Positions 18,170 to 26,843 are shown, counted from the stretch's first letter. The stretch is 26,863 bases of DNA from Candidatus Dadabacteria bacterium (GCA_040289575.1 PSLL01000002.1:1-26863), one strand, 5' to 3'. Made by a program: numbers and translations. Notes: a model not told the origin generated them from the sequence alone.

Positions 18170-18448
18170 TCATTTTGCTTCTTCAATCTGCTTTGCGAGT
18201 TTGATATCACTTTCGGTTACGCCGCCTTTGCTGTGTGTAGAGAGGGTGAGTGTAACCTTATTATACTGAATTAGAAAATCCGGATGATGATTTGCTCTCT
18301 CGGCCAGGTCTGCGACTTTATTCACAAAAGCAATCGCGTCCTTAAAAGTTTTATGTGTATAGACCTTATGAATTTCCTTTCCTTTTAATTGCCATCCTTC
18401 TAACGCTCTTAGCTTTTCATTAATTTCCTCTTCTGATAATACCGTCAT
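18170..18448 (-). CDS. pterin-4-alpha-carbinolamine dehydratase
   Basis: LEGW...FKDAIAFVNKVADLAERANHHPD...LSTHSKGGVTESDIKLAKQI. Confidence 0.93.
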   Translation of the reverse strand: MTVLSEEEINEKLRALEGWQLKGKEIHKVYTHKTFKDAIAFVNKVADLAERANHHPDFLIQYNKVTLTLSTHSKGGVTESDIKLAKQIEEAK

Positions 18449-18522
18449 ACTATCATCCCCTATTAAATTTTATAAAATCCTTTGTAGGTAGTCAAAATTT
18501 TAGTTTAGAATGTTTATCTAAG

Positions 18523-19050
18523 ATGACTGTAGCCTTTATATCAATAGGTTCAAATCTGGGTAAGAGGATTGAAAACTGTATCAGGGCTGTTGAGGCGATC
18601 TCCGACTTTGCAAGGATTACGGCCCTGTCATCCATTTATGAAACCGAGCCTGTGGATAAAGAAGACCAGCCCGACTTTATAAATTGTGTATTAGAGATTG
18701 AAACCTCCCTTTCTCCTTTTGACCTTCTAACATTTCTTCAATCTATAGAGACTGCAATTGGAAGGGAGCAGATTGAGAAGCAGGGACCAAGGGTGATTGA
18801 CTTAGACATCGTTTTTTATAACGATCTTGTGGTTGAAACCGATGACTTAATTATTCCGCATCCGAGAGCGCACCTTAGACGATTTGTTCTTGAGCCGCTT
18901 TGTGAAATTGCTCCCGGCTTCATCCACCCTGTTCTAAAGGCTTCTATTTGTGAGTTGCTAAATAATCTGAAAGATGAAAAGCGTGTGGTAAGAGTGGGTG
19001 AGTTTTCCACAACTTATCCACAGAAATCCACAGCTTATTCACAACCATAA
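18523..19050 (+). CDS. folK: 2-amino-4-hydroxy-6-hydroxymethyldihydropteridine pyrophosphokinase
   Basis: ISIGSNLG, SSIYETEP, QPDFINCV, GPRVIDLDI, IPHPRAHLRRFVLEPL. Confidence 0.96.
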   Translation: MTVAFISIGSNLGKRIENCIRAVEAISDFARITALSSIYETEPVDKEDQPDFINCVLEIETSLSPFDLLTFLQSIETAIGREQIEKQGPRVIDLDIVFYNDLVVETDDLIIPHPRAHLRRFVLEPLCEIAPGFIHPVLKASICELLNNLKDEKRVVRVGEFSTTYPQKSTAYSQP

Positions 19051-19198
19051 AACATACTTCTCCTTGGTTTATCCACAAGAAGGAAGATTCTTTTAGTGGA
19101 ATAGAAACAAGAATATTAGGGGTATTAATATAAAAACTTAATGTGAACTCTTAACTAGAGTGGATAACTATGCTTCATAAACCTAAAAGTTATACACA
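19003..19198. promoter_or_regulatory. DnaA-box cluster (candidate oriC or datA/DARS-like locus)
   Basis: TTTTCCACA 19003, TTATCCACA 19014, AAATCCACA 19024, TTATTCACA 19035, TTATCCACA 19069, reverse TTATCCACT 19159-19167, TTATACACA 19190; AT-rich stretch at about 19100-19156. Confidence 0.7.
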
Positions 19199-19206
19199 GA
19201 TAGCAC

Positions 19207-20067
19207 CTAATCTCCGGTGACTTTCAAATTTTTCGCGGATGAAAATGTATTCCAGAGAAGCATCCCTATTGTCATAGGCCCAACCCCACCAGGAACGGGA
19301 GTAATATAAGACGCTTTATCTTTCACCCTTTCAAAATCCACATCCCCAGATAGTTTCCCATCGGGGAGGCGGTTTATTCCCACATCAATTACAACCGCAC
19401 CTTCTTTTACCATATCCTCTGTGATAAACCTTGCGTGTCCCATTGCGGCTACTAATATATCGGCTCTTCGTATGACCTCTGGAAGTGCCCTAGTTCGGGA
19501 ATGGCAGATTGTAACTGTTGCATGGCGGTAGAGAAGGAGAATTGAGACGGGCTTTCCGACTATGTTGCTTCTTCCTACAACAACCGCCTCCTTGCCCTGT
19601 ATTTCTATATTGTAGTAATCCAGGAGTTTGATTATGCCATATGGCGTGCAGGGGATAAATCTAGGATTGCCCTCAACCAGAAGCCCTATGTTTTCAGGGT
19701 GAAATCCGTCAATATCCTTTAGCGGAGAGACTGCCCTCAGGATTTTTGCTTCGCTAATCTGCTTGGGAAGAGGGAGCTGAACGAGTATTCCGTGAATCTT
19801 TTCGTCATGATTTAGCCTCTCAACAAGTGAGAGCAAATTGCTTTCAGTAGTCTCTTCCGGGAGATCGTGCTCTTCTGAATAAATTCCTACCTCTTCACAG
19901 GCCTTTCTTTTATTCCTCACATAGATTTGAGATGCTGGGTTATTGCCCACAAGAACAGCGGCAAGCCCGGGAATAATTCCCGTTTCCTCTTTGAGTTTTT
20001 TCACGCCATCTCTGACCTCTTTTCTTATATGCTCTGCGACCCTTTTTCCGTCTATTATCTCTGCCAT
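19207..20067 (-). CDS. folD: bifunctional methylenetetrahydrofolate dehydrogenase/cyclohydrolase
   Basis: IIDGK, YVRNKRKAC, GILVQLPLP, KDIDGFHP, PCTP, VVVGRSNIVGKP, ITPVPGGVGPMT. Confidence 0.98.
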   Translation of the reverse strand: MAEIIDGKRVAEHIRKEVRDGVKKLKEETGIIPGLAAVLVGNNPASQIYVRNKRKACEEVGIYSEEHDLPEETTESNLLSLVERLNHDEKIHGILVQLPLPKQISEAKILRAVSPLKDIDGFHPENIGLLVEGNPRFIPCTPYGIIKLLDYYNIEIQGKEAVVVGRSNIVGKPVSILLLYRHATVTICHSRTRALPEVIRRADILVAAMGHARFITEDMVKEGAVVIDVGINRLPDGKLSGDVDFERVKDKASYITPVPGGVGPMTIGMLLWNTFSSAKNLKVTGD

Positions 20068-20082
20068 CTTTAGCTTCTTCCT

Positions 20083-20880
20083 TTATTTAAATCTCCAAAA
20101 GTGGTTCAACGGTCCGTGTCCCTTGCCTAGGTTAAAAGATCCCCTTATCGCCTCTGTAACATAGCCCTTTGCCTCTCTTATCGCTTCTATTGCACCGAGC
20201 CCATTTGCAAGCCCCGCGCATATTGCGGCAGAATACGTACATCCTGTGCCGTGGGTGTTTTTTGTCTCTATCCTCGGGAAAGAGAAATTATAAAAATCCT
20301 CTCCATCATAGAGAATATCTATTGACTCGGATGTCTGTTCAATATGGCCGCCTTTTAAGAGGACATATCCGGGGCCAAGCGATTTTATCCTTTTTGCCGC
20401 CTCTCTCATATCCGCGATCGATGAGATTTCTATTCCTGAGAGTGCCTCGGCCTCAGGAATGTTGGGAGTAACGATAAAAGCTAAGGGTAGAAGCTCTTGG
20501 GTAAGTGCGCTTTCTGATTCGTTTTTTAAGAGTCTATCCCCGCTTTTTGCCCTCATTACAGGATCTACCACCAGTTTTTCGATTCGGTATTCTTTAATCT
20601 TCTCGGCGACGGCTGAAATTATACCCTCATTTGAGAGCATCCCTGTTTTTGTGGCATCTGCTCCGATGTCGCCTAAGACCGCATCAATCTGAAGTTTTAC
20701 AAATTCTGGAGGCAAATCGTAAATACCCAAGACCGACTCTGTATTTTGAGCGGTAATCGAGGTGATTGCGGACATACCAAATACCCCGAATGCCGTAAAG
20801 GTCTTTATATCGGCCTGAATCCCAGCACCACCTCCCGAATCCGAACCTGCAATTGTCAGCGCCCTCGGAATTTTTTTCAT
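20083..20880 (-). CDS. thiD: hydroxymethylpyrimidine/phosphomethylpyrimidine kinase
   Basis: ALTIAGSDSGGGAGIQADIKT, KTGML, VVDPVM, TPNIPEA, LKGGH, NTHGTGCT. Start probably ATG 20880; the ORF extends to 20919. Confidence 0.96.
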   Translation of the reverse strand: MKKIPRALTIAGSDSGGGAGIQADIKTFTAFGVFGMSAITSITAQNTESVLGIYDLPPEFVKLQIDAVLGDIGADATKTGMLSNEGIISAVAEKIKEYRIEKLVVDPVMRAKSGDRLLKNESESALTQELLPLAFIVTPNIPEAEALSGIEISSIADMREAAKRIKSLGPGYVLLKGGHIEQTSESIDILYDGEDFYNFSFPRIETKNTHGTGCTYSAAICAGLANGLGAIEAIREAKGYVTEAIRGSFNLGKGHGPLNHFWRFK

Positions 20881-21022
20881 CACCAATTCTATTTTACAGG
20901 TATTTAAATGAGTTTCCAATCTTAGCGTGTAATGGAGAGTTACTATGGACTGAGGTTATTTGACAAACGTTGTTTCTCTGTAATTCTCTGTGACTAAAGT
21001 GGGATAGAATTGTACTGTCTTC

Positions 21023-21052
21023 TTGACAGTCGGCGTTACATCTAAGTAAAAT
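21023..21052 (+). promoter_or_regulatory. sigma70 promoter for tRNA-Val (and probably thrS)
   Basis: TTGACA (21023-21028), 18-nt spacer, TAAAAT (21047-21052), 21 nt before the tRNA. Confidence 0.6.
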
Positions 21053-21073
21053 AAATTGCTACGGTTTTAATCT

Positions 21074-21148
21074 GAGCGCGTAGCTCAGGGGGAGAGCGCT
21101 TGCTTGACGCGCAAGAGGTCGCAGGTTCAAATCCTGCCGCGCTCACCA
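21074..21148 (+). tRNA. tRNA-Val (GAC)
   Basis: Cloverleaf: acceptor GAGCGCG/CGCGCTC, D stem GCTC/GAGC, anticodon arm CTTGC-TTGACGC-GCAAG, T arm GCAGG-TTCAAAT-CCTGC, encoded A-CCA. Confidence 0.97.
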
Positions 21149-21198
21149 TGTAATATACATTGAAAGCTAATAACTGATGTTGCACACATTCTATACAT

Positions 21199-21285
21199 TG
21201 TTATGCCCGAATGCATTAACCCCCGACTTGATGGGGGAATACATAAATGATAATGGATTTCCGCTAAGTACACGCGGGAATGACA
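21199..21285. repeat. degenerate GTCATTCCCG...CGGGAATGAC-type palindromic element
   Basis: TGTTATGCCCG at the left end, TGGATTTCCGC-TAAGTACAC-GCGGGAATGACA at the right end; terminal inverted repeat plus internal hairpins. Confidence 0.55.
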
Positions 21286-21351
21286 GCTTTACATACTCTC
21301 TTGAGTCATAAATGGGAGATTTGCCCTTAACTATCAACTGTTTTTACAAAC

Positions 21352-23289
21352 ATGAGTGAGATACAAATAAAACTTCCAGATGGAGTAGTAAAGACATTTT
21401 CGAAAGGGGCAACCGTCGGAGAGGTATTCGAGTCCATTGGGATTAGGGACGGTATTATTGGCGCGAAATTAAACGGAAGGCTCGTGGATTTCTGGTTCGA
21501 AATAGATTCGGATTCCACGCTTGAGCCAGTTTCTCTCAACTCTCCATCGGGGCTTGACCTTATAAGACACACCGCAGCACATGTTATGGCGGAGGCTGTA
21601 ACAGAGCTTTTCCCCGAGGCCAAGGTTACAATAGGCCCCGTTATAGAAAACGGGTTCTATTATGATTTTGATTTCCCGCGCGGATTTACACCTGAGGATT
21701 TAGAGAGGATTGAATGGAAAATGAAGGGGATTGTAGAAGAGAACAAGCCCCTAATTAGAAGGAAGATATCGAGAGACGAGGCTATTGATATTTTCAAAAG
21801 GGATGGAGAGAAATACAAGGTCGAGATTATAAATGACCTTCCACCCGATGAGCAGATTACAATCTATAGTCAAGGCAATTGGTATGACCTTTGTAGGGGA
21901 CCCCACGCTCCATCAACCGGGTTTGTCAAGGCATTTAAGCTCCTCAGCGTTGCCGGGGCTTATTGGCGCGGCGATGAAAGAAACGCAATGCTTCAGAGGA
22001 TATACGGCACCGCTTTCTCCAATGAGGAGGATTTAAAGGATTATCTATCAAGGCTTGAAGAGGCCAAAAAACGCGACCACAGGAGGTTAGGACGCGAGCT
22101 TGAGCTTTTTAGCATTGAGGACGAAATCGGTCCGGGGCTTGTGCTATGGCATCCAAAAGGGGCAAGGATAAGGCGTGTTATTGAAGACTTTTGGCGCAAG
22201 GAACATGAGCGCTCCGGGTATGACATTCTTTTTACTCCGCACATTGCAAAACTCGACCTCTGGAAGACAAGCGGCCACCTCGATTTCTACCGTGAAAATA
22301 TGTACTCACCGTTGGAGGTGGAAAACGTTGATTATCAGATTAAGCCTATGACATGCCCTTTTCACATTATGATTTATAAATCCAAGGTGAGGAGCTATAG
22401 AGACCTGCCTCTTAGATGGGCTGAGATTGGCACTGTCTACAGATATGAGCGTTCGGGGGTTCTTCATGGACTGCTCAGGGTCAGGGGTTTTTCACAGGAC
22501 GATGCCCACATATTCTGCAGACCCGATCAGATTGAGGAGGAGGTGCTCTCTGTGCTTGATTTAACGGTGAGGTTTCTCAAGACATTTGGGTTTGATGAAT
22601 ATGAGGTTTATCTCTCTACCCACCCTGAAAAATTTGTGGGGAGCGAAGAGAACTGGGAAAAGGCTACAGCGGCGCTTCGCGGTGCCCTTCGGACCAAAGG
22701 TCTTATATACGACACAGATGAGGGCGGTGGGGCATTTTATGGCCCCAAGATTGACCTAAAAATAAAGGACGCCTTGGGGAGGGCTTGGCAGTGCTCTACG
22801 ATTCAGGTAGATTTTAACCTTCCCGAAAGGTTCGACATAAGCTTCGTAGGGGATGATAACAAACGCCATACGCCGATTATGATACATCGGGCGATATTTG
22901 GCTCGTTTGAGAGGTTCTTTGGGATTTTAATCGAGCACTATGGCGGTGCTTTTCCGCTATGGCTCGCCCCCGTTCAGGTTCGGGTTGCCACAATCGGAGA
23001 GGGGCAAATCTCATACGCCGAGGGTGTGTATGAGTCTTTAAAAAGGCATGACCTAAGGGTTGAGAGGGATTTTAGGAATGAAAAGCTTGGACTTAAAGTA
23101 AGGGAGGCTCAGGTTGAGAAGATTCCTTACCTTCTGATTATTGGCGATAAGGAGGTTGAGACTCAGACCGTCGCGCCGAGAAAGCGAGGGGGAAAGAATC
23201 TTCCTTCAATGGGCGTTGAGGAGTTCTTGAATTTAATCAAAGAAGAAAATGATCCATACATGTGGAGGGAGGTAGAGAAGCATAGCTAA
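21352..23289 (+). CDS. thrS: threonine--tRNA ligase
   Basis: RHTAAHVMAEAV, DLCRGPH, AGAYWRGD, RDHRRLG, KPMTCP, GLLRVRGFSQDDAH, AFYGPKID, IHRAIFGSFERF. Confidence 0.98.
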   Translation: MSEIQIKLPDGVVKTFSKGATVGEVFESIGIRDGIIGAKLNGRLVDFWFEIDSDSTLEPVSLNSPSGLDLIRHTAAHVMAEAVTELFPEAKVTIGPVIENGFYYDFDFPRGFTPEDLERIEWKMKGIVEENKPLIRRKISRDEAIDIFKRDGEKYKVEIINDLPPDEQITIYSQGNWYDLCRGPHAPSTGFVKAFKLLSVAGAYWRGDERNAMLQRIYGTAFSNEEDLKDYLSRLEEAKKRDHRRLGRELELFSIEDEIGPGLVLWHPKGARIRRVIEDFWRKEHERSGYDILFTPHIAKLDLWKTSGHLDFYRENMYSPLEVENVDYQIKPMTCPFHIMIYKSKVRSYRDLPLRWAEIGTVYRYERSGVLHGLLRVRGFSQDDAHIFCRPDQIEEEVLSVLDLTVRFLKTFGFDEYEVYLSTHPEKFVGSEENWEKATAALRGALRTKGLIYDTDEGGGAFYGPKIDLKIKDALGRAWQCSTIQVDFNLPERFDISFVGDDNKRHTPIMIHRAIFGSFERFFGILIEHYGGAFPLWLAPVQVRVATIGEGQISYAEGVYESLKRHDLRVERDFRNEKLGLKVREAQVEKIPYLLIIGDKEVETQTVAPRKRGGKNLPSMGVEEFLNLIKEENDPYMWREVEKHS

Positions 23290-23797
23290 AGAGCCCGAAG
23301 TCCGGGTAAATGAGAGGATAAGAGCAAGAGAAGTGAGGGTAATTGCGGCGGATGGAAAGCAAATAGGCGTTATTCCGGTTCGTGAAGCCCTGAGGATGGC
23401 TCAGGAGCAGGGATTCGATCTTGTAGAGGTTGCCCCGAATGCAAATCCTCCTGTATGCAGATTGATGGATTATGGCAAGTATAAGTATGAGCTTAAAAAG
23501 CAGACTGGGGCTAAAAAGCAGAAGGTACAGTTGGTAAAAGAGGTGAATTTCAGGCCAAATATTGGCGAACATGACCTTGACGTAAAGATTAACCATATAA
23601 GGGAGTTTCTCGAGGAGGGGCATAAAGCCAAGGTGAGGATATTTTTTAGAGGCAGGGAGATTACACATCCTGAGTTTGGAAAGGAGCTTGCAGATAAGAT
23701 AATTGAAAAGGTATCCGACATCGGCGCAATTGATTCATTCCCAAAATTTGAGGGAAAGAACCTTATAATGGTTATTGTGCCAAAGAAAAAAGCGTAG
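23282..23797 (+). CDS. infC: translation initiation factor IF-3 (non-canonical ATA start)
   Basis: Conserved RVNERIRAREVRVI lies upstream of the ORF-track GTG; in-frame ATA at 23282 is 8 nt after GGAGGT and follows an in-frame TAG. Also LVEVAPNANPPVCRLMDYGKYKYE. Confidence 0.93.
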   Translation: MAKEPEVRVNERIRAREVRVIAADGKQIGVIPVREALRMAQEQGFDLVEVAPNANPPVCRLMDYGKYKYELKKQTGAKKQKVQLVKEVNFRPNIGEHDLDVKINHIREFLEEGHKAKVRIFFRGREITHPEFGKELADKIIEKVSDIGAIDSFPKFEGKNLIMVIVPKKKA

Positions 23798-23807
23798 GGA
23801 AAACAAT

Positions 23808-24008
23808 ATGCCAAAATTAAAAACAAATAGAAGCGCGGCAAAGAGGTTTTATAAAGTTACCGCAACGGGTAAGATAAAAAGGGCACGTGGTGGAAAGAGC
23901 CATTCAAATGAGAAAAAGGGCAGAAAGAGGATGAGAAGGCTTCGCTCCGCCGACTATATTGAGGGGGCGGAGGCAAAAAGGGTAAGAAAAGTCGTGCCTT
24001 ATCTTTAA
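23808..24008 (+). CDS. rpmI: 50S ribosomal protein L35
   Basis: MPKLKTNRSAAKRF...TGKIKR...KSH...RRLR; lies between infC and rplT. Confidence 0.95.
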   Translation: MPKLKTNRSAAKRFYKVTATGKIKRARGGKSHSNEKKGRKRMRRLRSADYIEGAEAKRVRKVVPYL

Positions 24009-24094
24009 ATACAGGATACAGTATACAGAATATAGAATACAGGAAACAGGTGCTTGAGGTTTTTTCCCTGTATACTGTCTACTGTTTACTGTAT
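24009..24094. repeat. inverted heptamer tandem-repeat hairpin
   Basis: Six ATACAGN-like units (24009-24050) followed by four inverse NCTGTAT-like units (24067-24094). Confidence 0.75.
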
Positions 24095-24100
24095 TCTTTT

Positions 24101-24142
24101 GTTCGTATAGATTCGTGCTTATTCGTGTAAATTCGTGGCTAA
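24101..24142. repeat. solo right arm of the 10-bp-period ATTCGTG element
   Basis: GTTCGTATAG ATTCGTGCTT ATTCGTGTAA ATTCGTGGCTAA; the terminal GTGGCTAA is the exact inverse of TTAGCCAC at 17761. Confidence 0.7.
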
Positions 24143-24188
24143 TGGTTATTACTTGCGATATATGGAGTGAAGGAAAAAGGAGAAATAA

Positions 24189-24542
24189 ATGAGGATAAAA
24201 GCTGGGGTTCCTTCAAGGAAGAGAAGAAAAAGGTTACTGAAACTCTCAAAAGGCTACTGGGGGAGAAGAAAGAACCTTATAAGAAGGGCAAAAGAGACTG
24301 TTCTCCGTGCCCTTGCTTATTCATATAGAGACAGGCGTCAGAGAAGGCGCGATTTTAGAAGGCTCTGGGTTATAAGAATCAACGCAGCCGTAAGGCCCTT
24401 CGGTCTCTCATATAGCGAGTTTATGGGGGCGTTAAAGAGGGTGGGGGTCGAGATTGACAGAAAGAATCTCGCCGAGATGGCCGTAAGAGACCCTGAGAGC
24501 TTTAAGGCGGTTGTAGATATAGCAAAGGCGAATCTGGGCTAA
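24189..24542 (+). CDS. rplT: 50S ribosomal protein L20
   Basis: KLSKGYWGRR, AYSYRDRRQRRRDFRRLWVIRINAA, LSYSEFMGALK, IDRKNLAEMAV. Confidence 0.97.
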   Translation: MRIKAGVPSRKRRKRLLKLSKGYWGRRKNLIRRAKETVLRALAYSYRDRRQRRRDFRRLWVIRINAAVRPFGLSYSEFMGALKRVGVEIDRKNLAEMAVRDPESFKAVVDIAKANLG

Positions 24543-24587
24543 AGATTTAACAATATATCCGTTTTCTTCAAAGTGCCGGTGTTGGTA

Positions 24588-25241
24588 TTAGATTGTATGG
24601 GGATCATATTCCAGAGGACATCCCTCACACACTGGATTCTTCTTGCACCATTCTTTCCCCAACCTTACAATGAGGGCATGGTATTCGTTAAAGAGTTGGG
24701 CATCCTTGGGAAGAGAGTCCATAAAAACCTCCTGAATTTCTCCATAAGTGCTATCTTCTGGAATTAGACCATGCCTTGATAGAACCCTGTATGTGTAGGC
24801 ATCCACAACGAATATTGGTTTCTTTGCGGCATAAAGGAGAATAATGTCCGCCGTCTCAGGGCCAATGCCCCTTATACCGAGGAGTTTTTCCCTTAGGCTC
24901 TCTATATCTTCCTCAAACATTTTCCGAATATCGCCGTCGTAGTTTTCCATAAGAAATTCTATGAAGTTTTTAATCTTTATCGCCTTTTGATTGAAATACC
25001 CTGAGGGGCGTATAAGTTCGGCAAGCGCGGGGGGCGGAATCAAAGCCAATTTTTCTACTGAAATTAATCCTTCTTTTTTTAGGTTTCCCAGCGCCTTCTC
25101 TACATTTTTCCACGCTGTGTTTTGTGTAAGAATTGCTCCTAATATGCACTCAAGCTCCGTATCCGCGGGCCACCAACCCTGAGGACCAAGGCGCCTGTAG
25201 AGGGCATCGTAAAATCCTTTAATTCTCTCTGACTTAGTCAT
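24588..25241 (-). CDS. endonuclease III-related HhH-GPD base-excision glycosylase
   Basis: GPQGWWP, GAILTQNTAWKNVEKA, IRPSGYFNQKA, LLGIRGIGPETADIILLYA, FVVDAYTYR, C-terminal CKKNPVCEGCPL. Confidence 0.9.
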   Translation of the reverse strand: MTKSERIKGFYDALYRRLGPQGWWPADTELECILGAILTQNTAWKNVEKALGNLKKEGLISVEKLALIPPPALAELIRPSGYFNQKAIKIKNFIEFLMENYDGDIRKMFEEDIESLREKLLGIRGIGPETADIILLYAAKKPIFVVDAYTYRVLSRHGLIPEDSTYGEIQEVFMDSLPKDAQLFNEYHALIVRLGKEWCKKNPVCEGCPLEYDPHTI

Positions 25242-25347
25242 GTGAAGATGATAACATAGGGGGATAATATATAAAAATAAATACTTGATATACTGGCATT
25301 CCTTGAATTGTTGACAACTTTTTATTCTAATGTTAACTCATAATGGT

Positions 25348-26451
25348 ATGAGTCGAACCGCGCTTTATGAGGTTCACAGGCAACTGGGGGGAAAGATTGT
25401 AGAGTTTGCCGGATGGGAGATGCCTGTAGAATACACAGGAATTCGTGATGAGCATCTCGCGGTGAGAAACTCAGCTGGGCTGTTTGATGTGAGTCACATG
25501 GGGGAGATTGAGATTCACGGCAGAGAAGCGGCATCCCTCTGCCAGTGGGTTACCACAAACGATATAGCCAGTCTCAAGAGCCTTCAAGCTGGGTATACGC
25601 TTCTTTGTAATCCAGAGGGCGGCATAATAGATGATGTAATCGTTTATAAATTCTCAGATGAACACTTTTTCATCTGCGTCAATGCTGTAAACACTCTAAA
25701 AGACTACGAATGGATTAGGGATGCCGGAAGCAGATTCAAGGCCGAGGTATTAAATAGAAGCCCTGAGTTTTCTCAAATTGCTCTTCAGGGACCGAATTCC
25801 CAGGGTATATTAAACGGCATTTTTAAAATGAGTCTCGAATCGCTTAGAAGATTCTACTTTCAGCCGCTAAAATGGAATGGGGCTGATCTCATTGTTGCAA
25901 GGACGGGATATACGGGAGAGGACGGATTTGAGATTTTTCTTCCCTGGGATAGGGCAACGGAGCTCTGGGATAAAATAATGGATAAGGGAAGGCCATTTGG
26001 GATTTTGCCTTGTGGGCTTGGGGCTAGGGATACATTGAGGATTGAGATGGCATATCCGCTCTACGGTCATGAGATTGACGAGGACATTAATCCGATTGAG
26101 GCGGGGCTTATTAGGTTTGTAAAAATCGGTAAGGGGGATTTCATTGGGAGAGAATCTATTATCAATTCAATGGAGAAAGGGGTTAGAAAAAAGCTCGCCG
26201 GTTTTGAGATGATTGAGCGCGGAATCCCTAGGCAGGGATATGGCATCTTAAGGGACAACGACGTATTGGGCGCGGTTACAAGTGGAACTCTATCTCCGAG
26301 TCTTCAGAAGCCCATCGCAATGGGTTACTTAAAGACCGGCGTGAAGCATAACGGTGAGGTTGAAATAGAGATTCGTGGAACCAAGAGAAGGGCGAAAATC
26401 GTCCCGATTCCTTTTTATAAGAAGTCAGAAAAGGAGAGGAAAAAATGGTAG
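25348..26451 (+). CDS. gcvT: glycine cleavage system aminomethyltransferase T
   Basis: RTALYEVH, FAGWEMPVEY, GLFDVSHMGE, GGIIDD, IALQGP, RTGYTGEDGFE, GLGARDTLRIE. Start at 25348 or 25330. Confidence 0.96.
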   Translation: MSRTALYEVHRQLGGKIVEFAGWEMPVEYTGIRDEHLAVRNSAGLFDVSHMGEIEIHGREAASLCQWVTTNDIASLKSLQAGYTLLCNPEGGIIDDVIVYKFSDEHFFICVNAVNTLKDYEWIRDAGSRFKAEVLNRSPEFSQIALQGPNSQGILNGIFKMSLESLRRFYFQPLKWNGADLIVARTGYTGEDGFEIFLPWDRATELWDKIMDKGRPFGILPCGLGARDTLRIEMAYPLYGHEIDEDINPIEAGLIRFVKIGKGDFIGRESIINSMEKGVRKKLAGFEMIERGIPRQGYGILRDNDVLGAVTSGTLSPSLQKPIAMGYLKTGVKHNGEVEIEIRGTKRRAKIVPIPFYKKSEKERKKW

Positions 26452-26843
26452 AGATTCTTGATGAGCTTAAATACACAAAGGAGCATGAATGGGTAAGACT
26501 CGAAGACGATTTAGTTGTAATTGGGATTACCGACTATGCACAGGATGCCCTTGGGGAGATCGTCTATATTGAGCTTCCAAGTGAAGGGGATGAGGTTACA
26601 AAGGGCAATCCATTTGGAGCGGTGGAATCTACCAAATCGGTCTCGGATCTATACGCTCCCATAAGTGGTGAGGTAGTGGAGGTAAACGAGGCTCTGCTTG
26701 ATTCTCCTGAGGTTATAAACGAGGACCCTTACGGTGAGGGATGGATGATAAAAGTAAAGCCTTATGATGTCGGTGAGATTCAGGACCTCATGGACAGCGA
26801 TGAATACACTGAATTTGTTGAAAAGGAATCAGAGAAGTTATGA
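26445..26843 (+). CDS. gcvH: glycine cleavage system H protein
   Basis: YTKEHEWV, IGITDYAQDALGEIVY, lipoyl-lysine motif VESTKSVSD, INEDPYGEGW. Confidence 0.97.
   Translation: MVEILDELKYTKEHEWVRLEDDLVVIGITDYAQDALGEIVYIELPSEGDEVTKGNPFGAVESTKSVSDLYAPISGEVVEVNEALLDSPEVINEDPYGEGWMIKVKPYDVGEIQDLMDSDEYTEFVEKESEKL

Noticed and set aside
21074..21351. tRNA-Val as a prophage or island integration site
   Set aside because: No integrase and no duplicated tRNA 3' end seen; thrS follows directly.
24009..24142. Periodic repeats as a CRISPR array
   Set aside because: Units are 7 and 10 bp with no unique spacers of CRISPR size, and no cas genes are present.
316..26476. Many 60-143 aa ORFs antisense to or nested in smc, secA, thrS, infC, gcvT and other genes
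   Set aside because: Shadow ORFs overlapping well-supported genes, with no motifs and composition explained by the opposite strand.
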